From an uncultured Chloroflexia bacterium (GTDB lineage: Bacteria > Chloroflexota > Dehalococcoidia > Dehalococcoidales > UBA2162): a stretch of 64,000 bases of DNA. Every line of letters begins with the position of its first letter. Position 1 is the stretch's first letter. Position numbers and translations under genes: made by a program. The DNA lies in contig CAVUYC010000012.1 of NCBI GenBank assembly GCA_963745605.1, positions 63,050-127,049 on the forward strand, written 5' to 3'. The notes under the pieces are model-generated. The model did no database searches and was not told the origin of the DNA. It saw only the letters and a list, made by a program, of their open reading frames with translations. This document shows, piece after piece, positions 56,140 to 64,000 of the stretch.

Positions 56140-57183
56140 TTGAACAAAGCCATGAACATCGCTGATTTCGATTACAGCCTCCCCAATGAGCTTATCGCCC
56201 AGACGCCCGTTGAACCGAGAGACCGTTCGCGGTTGATGGTCCTGAGCCGGTCGTCCCGATCGATCGCCCACGGCCACTTCTTCGAGCTGCCCAGGCTTCT
56301 TAACCCAGGCGACGTCCTGGTGTTTAACGATACCCGGGTGATACCGGCGCGGCTTCAGGCCCGCAAAGACTCCGGAGCCAAACTTGAGATTCTGCTTCTC
56401 ACCAGGCTTGAGCCGCGTCTTTGGCAAGCGCTTGTCAGGCCCGCCAGGAGGATGCCTGTCGGCACCAGGTTCATCGTAAACAAGGAAGGCTCTGTGACCG
56501 AAGGATTGTCGGGCACTGTCGTCGGAGCCCTTGATGCAGGGGTGAGAGTCATAAAGCTGGAGAACGATGCTGGTCTTGCCTCTTTGGGCGCCATGCCTCT
56601 TCCACCCTACATTCACGCGCCCCTTGCCGATCCCGAGCGCTACCAGACCGTCTACTCCCGAGTCGAAGGCAGCGCTGCCGCCCCTACCGCCGGCCTGCAT
56701 TTCACGCCCACTTTGCTGTCGAGTCTCAAGGCCAGAGGCATCCGCACCACCTACGTCACTCTTCACGTCGGTCTCGATACGTTTCAGCCCGTCCGCGAGA
56801 CCGATCCTTCAACCCACAAAATACACAGGGAATTCGGCTCGATTCCCGTCGCGGCAGCGGAGGAGATATTGTCGGCCAAGGAAGAGGGCCGCCGCGTCAT
56901 TTGTGTCGGCACCACCTCAATGCGTCTGGTCGAGGCCGCTGCGGCTTCCGAGGCTTTAACCCGGGAGCGGGTTTTCTCAGGTTGGGTTGATCTATTTATC
57001 CTGCCTGGCTATCGGTTCAGAGTAGCCGATGCAATGATTACCAACTTCCATCTTCCAAGAACAACCCTCATAATGCTCGTGTCTGCCTTTGCCGGGCGTG
57101 ACCTCGTACTCGACGCATATCGCGAAGCGATCCGCGAGCAGTACCGCTTCTACAGCTTTGGCGACGCCATGCTCATCACGTGA
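56140..57183 (+). CDS. queA: S-adenosylmethionine:tRNA ribosyltransferase-isomerase
   Basis: 347 aa; ...DFDYSLPNELIAQTPVEPRDRSRLMVL...VFNDTRVIPARL...PLPPYI...YQTVYS...TAGLHFT... Confidence 0.9.
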   Translation: MNKAMNIADFDYSLPNELIAQTPVEPRDRSRLMVLSRSSRSIAHGHFFELPRLLNPGDVLVFNDTRVIPARLQARKDSGAKLEILLLTRLEPRLWQALVRPARRMPVGTRFIVNKEGSVTEGLSGTVVGALDAGVRVIKLENDAGLASLGAMPLPPYIHAPLADPERYQTVYSRVEGSAAAPTAGLHFTPTLLSSLKARGIRTTYVTLHVGLDTFQPVRETDPSTHKIHREFGSIPVAAAEEILSAKEEGRRVICVGTTSMRLVEAAAASEALTRERVFSGWVDLFILPGYRFRVADAMITNFHLPRTTLIMLVSAFAGRDLVLDAYREAIREQYRFYSFGDAMLIT

Positions 57184-57257
57184 TCGGAGGCAGATCACAC
57201 ATCAACCGGGGGGCATAAACACCACGCCGGCGCCGTGGGTTCGAACACCTCTATGTC

Positions 57258-60200
57258 CTATCGCCGCCTCGCAAGGACGACAACCAGCAGCCCGATCAGG
57301 CTCAGCGCTATCACTCCAACTCCGAGAGCAGCGTAAGCGACCCAATGCGGCAAAGAAGGCTCCGGTGCAGGTACGTTGAAGACCACCGTGGGTGCCGGAC
57401 CGGGAACGGCGGCCGTGAGCGTCACCAGCGGCGCCATGGGACTATCAGTAAGAGGCTCTTGTACGGTGAAAGCCCCGGTGTTGCTCCAGGAACTCGACGT
57501 CTTGTTCCCCGTCGCCCTGACCTTCCAGTAGTAAGTTCGGCCGTATTCCAGTGAGAGCGCTTCGCTCCAGGCTGTCCCCGGCAGAGCATCTCCGCCCTCT
57601 TTGCGAACCACCGTTGACAGAAAGGCTGGATCGGTGCTCAAAATGAACTCGTAGTGTTCAGCGTCGGCGATCGAAGTCCATTGGAAAATCGGATTCCGTG
57701 GAACTGCGTTTGCGCCAGCAACCGGGCTGAGCAAATCGGGAGCGAGAACAGAGCCTCCCAATCTGGTCCTGAAAGATGACTTCTCAGACCATGGGGAGAG
57801 AACCGGCCCGATGGCACGGACGCGCCACTGGTACTCCGTTGCAAGCTCGAGCTGAGATAACAGCGACGAACAGGACTGAGTGCTAGCGTCAAATCCAAGA
57901 GTGGTGTCCGAGAAGTCTCCGTCGCTATCCACCTGCCACTGATACGTTGTCGCTCCGTCAAGGCCAGTCCACTGCAACCTTACGTTCTTGACGTTCACAC
58001 CGCCGGCGCCGTCGACGGGCGACTGAGGCGTTGGAGATTCACTCAACGTGTCCGTGAAGGAGACAAGTCTAAGATTGACATTGTCCATGCACCAAAGTTG
58101 GTGTCCCGCCAAGGAAAGACCGATGAGAAGCGATCCGTCATTCAGGCCGTTGTTGACAGTCTCAAACACACCGGTTGCCCCCGGATCCAGGGCCCGTTCC
58201 ATCCCACCCTGGGGACTTGCCGAGACCACTCCCTTGGAGTTGTTCGCATAGAGCGTTCCATCTGCCGACATCGCCAGGTCCGTCACGATGGACCCGACAG
58301 GAAGCGTGCTGTCGATGCCCTCCCATGCGGTGCTCTTGCCGATGACGAAAGTGAAAATGCGTTCTTTGTTCGACGCAGTGGAGGGGGCATCCGTTGCGGC
58401 GAAAACGCGTCGTGTCTGGGCGAAATTGTGATCGAGGGTGAGACTAACACCACCCGCGCCTGACACTGACAGAGGAAGCTGCTGCCCCATTTGTTTGAAC
58501 GATCCGCCGTTATCTGTCGAAAGGTAGACCTTGCCAACCGTACTCCCCGCCAGAATAGTCTTATCATGGGCCATCGCAGGTGATACTGCGACCGACTTCA
58601 ACGGCTGGCCACATACTCTGACCGGGGCCGTGAAGAAGAAACCCCCGTTTGCCGTGGAGTAGATAAGGCCGTTGCTACCATCGTAGCTCGCAACCCATAG
58701 AGAATCCTGGTCGAGAACGCTCCAGGCATCCACCGCGTGAACGAGCATCCTCTGGGCAAAAGTATTGCCGCCGTCCAATGAACGCCATAGTACTGCCGAA
58801 CTGCCCGACCGGCCCGAAACGTATAACGGGTCGGCCCCCTCGCCCGATGCCTTGCCATAAGTGATCATGCTCAGGCTGGTCACGCCACTTAACGACGACG
58901 AAAAGACTCGCATCCAGGTACGGGCCTGGTCAGTGGTCCTCCACAGGCTATTCTTCGACCCGAAGGTAAGCAGGAAGATGGCAGAATCCCCCTCGACCGT
59001 CCCCGACACGGCCAGGTCTACCATTCCATTTGAGCCTATTGTCGTATCTACAAAGGCCGTCTGGTTCCAGCTGACCCCACAATCATCGCTTCTGGAAAAG
59101 GCACTTTCTATCCCGGAAGTTGATGCACACAAACGTCCTGAACTGGCGAAATCAGCATCAACCAACAAGCCGGTCACCGACTGGCCAGTCGGCTCTTTTG
59201 AGGACTTTTTCCAGGTCGAGCCATTGTCCGAGCTAAGTACTATTGTCGAACCGCTAGCGGCGCCAGCGACCAGAGTTGACGCAACCCCGTTGTTCGCGCC
59301 GACAAGGGCGCTGATATCCAGGCTCCTCAAGCCGAACGCGACAGCACAGTTAAGGTCCAAGGTCGTGCCAGAACCTGAACGATCCCATTCTACCTTGTAG
59401 ACATCGCCTCCTCCGGTACCCGTGTTCAACCCGACATAGAGTTCCTGTGGCTCAAGGGCAATGAACCCTCTCGGCAAGACCACAGATGCCGCCAGGGGAG
59501 TCAGTCCGCGGATGGCGGCCGGTTTCTGCAGAATGCCCCAACCCGCCGATCCCGCCCTGCTGATGACGATCGCATCGGTCTCGTTTGAAGCCAGTGCGAC
59601 CAGTTGACGATCGGTTTCGTACTGGGGCGATACTGCTAAAGCCAATACGTCCAGATTGCCGATGCCGGAATCTTTCCATGAGCCAAGCGCCTGGCCCAGG
59701 TCGAACGTATACACGCCCCCGAACCGCCCGGCATCGGAATTGCGAGTGCCAGCGACGATTGTGAGGTTTTGCCCACTCGCGGCGACGGCCATCGATGTGA
59801 TGGCGACATTGCCAGCGCCTGCACCCCCTGGCGAGGGCAGCGAGGCGAAGGTTGCCCCCGCGTCAAGAGACTGATAAACGTTTGAGGAGGTGGCATAGTA
59901 AACCATCGAGGAGTCTTCCCCCGCGCACGCGATGTCTACGATGGAGGATGTCACGAGGCCAGTCGCCGACCAGGATGTACCGTTGTCGGCACTCTTGAAG
60001 AGTGTCTGGTTGGTGACTGAAGTGGTGACATAGGCATACAGCGTGCCGTCGGCCGCCGATTGGATATGCTTGACGTCAGAACCCGATGCAAGTACCCAGT
60101 TCCCCAGCTCACCTTGCGATGGGATGGATACTCCCGTCCATTTTCCTCCAGGCATATCGGCTCTCGCGCCTGTCGGCAGCATCGCCAGGAAGATCGCACC

Positions 60201-60269
60201 GGCTAGAAAGAGCGCTCTCATCTCTGACATAATGGCACATACTATAGCCATCGTAAAGCCAATAGTCAA
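57258..60269 (-). CDS. large BNR/Asp-box repeat cell-surface protein with signal peptide, two FN3-like modules and a C-terminal TM anchor
   Basis: 1003 aa; signal-like ...ALFLAGAIFLAMLPTGARA; Asp-boxes SADNGTSW, SSDNGSTW, SDDCGVSW, SLDGGNTF, STDNGGSF; repeats ...LQWTGLDGATTYQWQV...YQWRVRA and ...FQWTSIADAEHYEFIL...YYWKVRA; C-terminal WVAYAALGVGVIALSLIGLLVVVLARRR; true start probably 60227 or nearby. Confidence 0.8.
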   Translation of the reverse strand: MTIGFTMAIVCAIMSEMRALFLAGAIFLAMLPTGARADMPGGKWTGVSIPSQGELGNWVLASGSDVKHIQSAADGTLYAYVTTSVTNQTLFKSADNGTSWSATGLVTSSIVDIACAGEDSSMVYYATSSNVYQSLDAGATFASLPSPGGAGAGNVAITSMAVAASGQNLTIVAGTRNSDAGRFGGVYTFDLGQALGSWKDSGIGNLDVLALAVSPQYETDRQLVALASNETDAIVISRAGSAGWGILQKPAAIRGLTPLAASVVLPRGFIALEPQELYVGLNTGTGGGDVYKVEWDRSGSGTTLDLNCAVAFGLRSLDISALVGANNGVASTLVAGAASGSTIVLSSDNGSTWKKSSKEPTGQSVTGLLVDADFASSGRLCASTSGIESAFSRSDDCGVSWNQTAFVDTTIGSNGMVDLAVSGTVEGDSAIFLLTFGSKNSLWRTTDQARTWMRVFSSSLSGVTSLSMITYGKASGEGADPLYVSGRSGSSAVLWRSLDGGNTFAQRMLVHAVDAWSVLDQDSLWVASYDGSNGLIYSTANGGFFFTAPVRVCGQPLKSVAVSPAMAHDKTILAGSTVGKVYLSTDNGGSFKQMGQQLPLSVSGAGGVSLTLDHNFAQTRRVFAATDAPSTASNKERIFTFVIGKSTAWEGIDSTLPVGSIVTDLAMSADGTLYANNSKGVVSASPQGGMERALDPGATGVFETVNNGLNDGSLLIGLSLAGHQLWCMDNVNLRLVSFTDTLSESPTPQSPVDGAGGVNVKNVRLQWTGLDGATTYQWQVDSDGDFSDTTLGFDASTQSCSSLLSQLELATEYQWRVRAIGPVLSPWSEKSSFRTRLGGSVLAPDLLSPVAGANAVPRNPIFQWTSIADAEHYEFILSTDPAFLSTVVRKEGGDALPGTAWSEALSLEYGRTYYWKVRATGNKTSSSWSNTGAFTVQEPLTDSPMAPLVTLTAAVPGPAPTVVFNVPAPEPSLPHWVAYAALGVGVIALSLIGLLVVVLARRR

Positions 60270-60342
60270 TATGGATTGTCATTGTCGTTCGGCTGGATTC
60301 GCCGCCTCATCGTCATTAAGCCTATGCCCACCTGACAAGCTC

Positions 60343-60368
60343 TTGACAAAACCGCCCTGTGCTATAAT
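60343..60368 (+). promoter_or_regulatory. extended -10 promoter upstream of ruvB
   Basis: TTGACA (60343-60348), only a 14-nt spacer, then TGc-TATAAT (60360-60368); ATG 15 nt downstream without an obvious SD. Confidence 0.4.
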
Positions 60369-60383
60369 ACGCGCACTAAAGCG

Positions 60384-61433
60384 ATGCCACGTGTGATCTC
60401 CAGCAAGCCAGCCGGTGAAGACGCCCCCCTCGACGCCAGTTTGAGGCCCCGATCGCTTGGCGATTTCGTAGGCCAGAATAAGATCAAGGACAATATCGGC
60501 ATTGCCGTCTCGGCCGCAAAGGGCCGCGGCGAACCGCTGGACCACATCCTCCTCTACGGGCCTCCCGGGCTCGGTAAGACCACGCTCGCACATATCATCG
60601 GCCTCGAAATGAAAGTCAACGTCCGCATCACCTCGGGGCCCGCCATCGAGAGGGGTGGCGACCTTGCCGCAATTCTCACCGGACTCAAGGCGCATGACGT
60701 CTTGTTCATCGACGAGATTCACCGCCTCAACCGCAGCGTCGAAGAGGTACTCTACCCCGCTATGGAAGACTTCGCTCTCGACCTCATCATCGGCAAGGGC
60801 CCGGGTGCCAAGAGCCTTCGCCTTCCGCTTCCCAAATTCACTCTGATTGGCGCAACGACGAGATACGCCCTCCTCAGCGCCCCTCTCAGGGACCGCTTCG
60901 GCTCGGTCTATCGACTGGACTTTTACGATGAGCATTCCATCAAGACAATTCTTCAGAGATCGGGCCAAATACTTGGCGTGAAAGCCGAGGACGAAGGGTT
61001 CCAGGAAATCGCCCGGCGCTCCCGTGGAACGCCAAGGGTGGCCAACCGTCTGCTACGCAGGGTGAGAGACTATGCCCAGGTCAAGGCCAACGGCAAGGCT
61101 AGTCGCGAAGTCGTGAAGGAAGCTCTCGCCATGCTGGAGGTCGATGCCATTGGCCTCGACCAGATCGACCACAAGCTGCTTCACACCATTATTGACAAGT
61201 TCAATGGCGGACCGGTAGGGCTGGAGACCATCGCCGCGGCGATAAGCGAAGAGGCCGATACCATCATGGACGTTTACGAGCCCTATCTCCTTCAGCTTGC
61301 CTTCCTGGAGCGCACCCCGCGTGGTCGCGTCGCCACCGGACTCGCCTACAAGCACCTTAACGTCCCCTACCGCAGAGACAAAGAACAGGAAAGGACGGAA
61401 CAGCCCGGTCTATGGGGCAAGAACCCGGAGTAG
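60384..61433 (+). CDS. ruvB: Holliday junction branch migration helicase RuvB
   Basis: 349 aa; [12 protein letters not shown]...[14 protein letters not shown]...LFIDEIHRL... Confidence 0.93.
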   Translation: MPRVISSKPAGEDAPLDASLRPRSLGDFVGQNKIKDNIGIAVSAAKGRGEPLDHILLYGPPGLGKTTLAHIIGLEMKVNVRITSGPAIERGGDLAAILTGLKAHDVLFIDEIHRLNRSVEEVLYPAMEDFALDLIIGKGPGAKSLRLPLPKFTLIGATTRYALLSAPLRDRFGSVYRLDFYDEHSIKTILQRSGQILGVKAEDEGFQEIARRSRGTPRVANRLLRRVRDYAQVKANGKASREVVKEALAMLEVDAIGLDQIDHKLLHTIIDKFNGGPVGLETIAAAISEEADTIMDVYEPYLLQLAFLERTPRGRVATGLAYKHLNVPYRRDKEQERTEQPGLWGKNPE

Positions 61434-61496
61434 GGTGCAGCCCGGCCCGAAACTGACAGCAACTCAATCTCGACCCGGAGATGAGCCCGCTACGAT

Positions 61497-62048
61497 CTAC
61501 AGCCCGAGTTCGGCCGACGCCCCTTGCATCGCCTTGACACTGAGTTCGATGAACTCGTCCAGTTCGATACCGAGAGCACTGCAGGCAGCGATGTTCTGCC
61601 TGTTGGCGCCGGCAGCGAAGCTTTTTTCCTTGAAACGCTTCCGGACCGATTTAGCTTCCACCCCAGCCAGCTTCCGATCCGGCCTCACCAGGGCGGAGGC
61701 TGTGATCAGCCCGGTGACTGGATCGGCGCAGAAGAGCGCCTTGTCCATCTGGCTCTCCGCCGCCACGCCGTGAGCCTCGTTGTGCGTGAGTATCGCATGG
61801 GAAATGGCATCACTCGCGCCCATCTGTCTCACCATCTCCGAGCCCAGCCGGCTGTGGTCTTTCATGTCGCCGTTGAGCAGCTCAATGTCTATATCATGCA
61901 GCAGGCCTGCCAGTCCCCACTCCTGTTCATCCGCACCGAAGCGCTTCGACAAAGCCACCATGATGGCCTCAGTCGCTATCATGTGTCGCACCAGGTTCTC
62001 GTTCTTGACCTTTTCTCTGATGGTCTTGAGAGCTTCATCTCTCGTCAT
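61497..62048 (-). CDS. HD/HDIG-domain metal-dependent phosphohydrolase
   Basis: 183 aa; ...VRHMIATEAIMVAL...GLLHDIDIE... (H..HD motif). Confidence 0.7.
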   Translation of the reverse strand: MTRDEALKTIREKVKNENLVRHMIATEAIMVALSKRFGADEQEWGLAGLLHDIDIELLNGDMKDHSRLGSEMVRQMGASDAISHAILTHNEAHGVAAESQMDKALFCADPVTGLITASALVRPDRKLAGVEAKSVRKRFKEKSFAAGANRQNIAACSALGIELDEFIELSVKAMQGASAELGL

Positions 62049-63301
62049 CTGAGTCTTTCCCTCCCCGGTATTGGCTTCAGCAAGGCAAGCAACACCGTTC
62101 CCACGCCGGCGGCGATGGCCAGTATCAGAAATGCCGTAGTGTAGCTTGCCGTCCGGTCGAATATCTCACCCGCCAGCAACGGCCCCCCGGCGCCCCCGAC
62201 GGTGCCGCCGAAGATAACCACTCCGTAAATCGCTCCCTGTGAACGAGTCCCGAACAACTTGGCCACCAGCGGCGAGATCAGGGAATAGGTTGACCCGTGG
62301 GCAAAGCCGTAGAAGGGGATAATGGCGTACAGCATCCAGGGTTGCCTCACCAGCATCAACGCCACCAGAGACAGGCACAGGACAACTGCTGAGAATACAT
62401 AAGTGCGGCGGATACCGAGCTTATCTCCTACCGCCCCCATCCCGAACCTGCCAACAATGCTCGAACCACCGATGATCGATAGAAATGCAGCCGACGCGGC
62501 GACCGAGAAACCCAGGCCGCTGGCGTAAGCGGCGACGTGTACCTGGACAGTGTAGGTGCAGAAGAGCACGGTGAAATAGATCGCCACCGCCGACCAGAAC
62601 TGCCAGGTCCTTGATGCCTGCTTCAGAGACAGCCCGGATTCCGGTCCGGCTACGCCTGACCCGTTTCCGTCAGCCTTCAGCCCCATCGTCGACGGGTCTC
62701 GCCGGAGAAATTGAGACACCAGCAATATGACGAAGACGTTGACTCCGGCCAGGATGGCATAGGAACTGCGCCAGTCAAGAGCTACGATCATCAGCCCAGC
62801 CGTAAGGGGGATGGTGAGATGCCCTGCTCCCGCGCCGGCTTTGACGATGCCGGTCATGATCCCCCGCCGGTTGTTGAACCACCGGGCGATGGCCGATAGT
62901 AGAACAACGTCCAGCGCAGCCACCCCGATGCCCGCGATCACGCCATAGGTGATGTAAAGCTGCCAGAGCGCAGTAGTACGCGAGGTGAGGAAGATGCCAA
63001 GAGCGTAAATCACGCCGCAGGCGCTCATAACTACACGTGGACCGAACCTGTCGCTCAGATTGCCCATCACAATGCTGAATATCCCGTGCACGAGGAGCAC
63101 CAGAGAAGCGACTCCGGAGACGGCCGCCCGCGAGGTCTCGAACTGAGTCTGAAATGGCTTTACAAACACCCCGAACGCCCCGAAAGTGCCCCAGCCGACT
63201 AGCTGGATAACCACGGCTGCGGCAACGACGACGTAGCCGTAGTACAGGCGCGAAGGCCTGGATTTATCTGGCTGACTGGTCATGCCGGTTCCTTTGACCA
63301 C
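62045..63301 (-). CDS. MFS transporter
   Basis: 418 aa, about 12 TM; ...GNLSDRFGPRVVM... MFS loop motif; stop overlaps the HD-gene start (ATGA). Confidence 0.8.
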   Translation of the reverse strand: MVKGTGMTSQPDKSRPSRLYYGYVVVAAAVVIQLVGWGTFGAFGVFVKPFQTQFETSRAAVSGVASLVLLVHGIFSIVMGNLSDRFGPRVVMSACGVIYALGIFLTSRTTALWQLYITYGVIAGIGVAALDVVLLSAIARWFNNRRGIMTGIVKAGAGAGHLTIPLTAGLMIVALDWRSSYAILAGVNVFVILLVSQFLRRDPSTMGLKADGNGSGVAGPESGLSLKQASRTWQFWSAVAIYFTVLFCTYTVQVHVAAYASGLGFSVAASAAFLSIIGGSSIVGRFGMGAVGDKLGIRRTYVFSAVVLCLSLVALMLVRQPWMLYAIIPFYGFAHGSTYSLISPLVAKLFGTRSQGAIYGVVIFGGTVGGAGGPLLAGEIFDRTASYTTAFLILAIAAGVGTVLLALLKPIPGRERLR

Positions 63302-63395
63302 CCGTAAAGGGTGGGATCCAAAGATAGAAGTTGGAGGTGACGCACTCGGAAATATTAGCAGAAAAGCCTGATTGAGGCTAAAAGGCGCGCATCCT

Positions 63396-64000
63396 TCATT
63401 TGACCAGATTAAGCTTGATCGCCATTGCTACCGCTTCAGTGCGGCTCGAAGCAGCCAACTTGGAGAGGATGTTGCTCACATGGAACTTCACCGTCGACTG
63501 GCTCACAATCAGCCTTGCCGCAATGTCGGCGTTTGAAAGCCCTTCCACCATTAGGGCCAGGATGTCCTTTTCCCTTTCCGTAATGTCGTACGTCGGTTGA
63601 GCCGGCTCGTTTACCTTCCTAATGAGGACCTGGGCCGCCTCCGGAGACAGGCTTGGCTGACCCGACGCCGCCCTTCGAATCGAAGAAATCAGCTCATCTG
63701 CCGTAACATTCTTCAGCAGATAGCCCGTTGCCCCAGCTTTGAGGGCGCCCTCCACATATTCTTTTTCCTTGAAGCTGGTGAGCGCGATCACCTTTGTCTG
63801 CGGCCATGACTTGAGGATCGCCTGTGTGGCGGCCACTCCGTCCATCTTGGGCATAAGCAAGTCCATCAGCACAACGTCAGGATTCACCTTCCCGCAAGCA
63901 CGGACCGCCTCCTCGCCATCGCTGGCCTCGGCCACCAGTTCCATGTCGTCGCAGGCCATGAGCACGGCAGCGAGCCCGCTCCTTACCACCGTGTGGTCAT
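63396..64000 (-). CDS. NarL/FixJ (LuxR-type) response regulator, 5' end beyond window
   Basis: Frame stays open to nt 64000 (…DHTVVRSGLAAVLMA...); receiver PDVVLMDLLMPKMDG, TSF, KAGATGYLLK; HTH ...LTEREKDILALMVEGLSNADIAARLIVSQSTVKFHVSNILSKL. Confidence 0.88.
   Translation of the reverse strand, partial: DHTVVRSGLAAVLMACDDMELVAEASDGEEAVRACGKVNPDVVLMDLLMPKMDGVAATQAILKSWPQTKVIALTSFKEKEYVEGALKAGATGYLLKNVTADELISSIRRAASGQPSLSPEAAQVLIRKVNEPAQPTYDITEREKDILALMVEGLSNADIAARLIVSQSTVKFHVSNILSKLAASSRTEAVAMAIKLNLVK

Noticed and set aside
55387-56766. 459-aa minus-strand ORF spanning htpX, its terminator and the 5' part of queA
   Set aside because: It is antisense to two well-supported genes and crosses an intergenic terminator. 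The sequence is Gly/Arg/Ala-rich with no recognisable motif, which is typical of a GC-rich shadow ORF.

Overview
All calls below come from reading the sequence and the ORF track by eye. Nothing was computed or searched, and hand-derived coordinates may be off by 1-2 nt.

This is a GC-rich bacterial chromosomal window made up almost entirely of core genes, most on the minus strand. I recognised no rRNA, tRNA, CRISPR array, transposase or phage gene.

**Block 1 (about 5.4-25.4 kb, minus strand).** This is a complete str/S10/spc/alpha ribosomal supercluster:
- rpsL-rpsG-fusA, with no tuf
- rpsJ through rpsQ
- rplN through rplO
- secY-adk-map-infA-rpmJ-rpsM-rpsK-rpsD-rpoA-rplQ-truA-rplM-rpsI

**Block 2 (about 36-50 kb, minus strand).** This is a 14-kb nitrogen-assimilation supercluster:
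- 4Fe-4S protein, hisH, FAD oxidoreductase, GATase-II, hisF, GOGAT FMN domain and GOGAT GXGXG domain
- an orphan Asp-less OmpR-type regulator
- amt, amt-glnK, glnA and nadE

**Other genes.**
- DNA repair: nth, sbcC, mutS, ruvB
- Queuosine genes: folE, queH, queA
- Biosynthesis and secretion: thrC, pyrE, lepB
- A B12/radical-SAM enzyme
- rplU-rpmA-rpmE
- A 1003-aa BNR/Asp-box surface protein

**Most noteworthy observations.**
1. Five conserved genes (rpoA, map, rplR, probably rplD, and a DUF1385 gene) are each disrupted by exactly one extra nucleotide. Three of these sit inside the same heptamer, CGCCGCG. Motif-specific consensus error is the most likely cause, but it needs checking.
2. Arrays of TTAAC/GTAAC/GAAAC pentamers with exact 11-bp phasing lie upstream of both amt genes, next to the orphan atypical OmpR regulator. 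This looks like a GlnR-like nitrogen circuit.
3. hisH and hisF are interleaved into an archaeal-type split glutamate synthase operon.
4. Two tandem desulforedoxin-like mini-ORFs fall below the ORF-track length cutoff and have their own promoter and terminator.
5. rplU appears to start at AUU.
6. A 570-bp GC-rich spacer remains unexplained.
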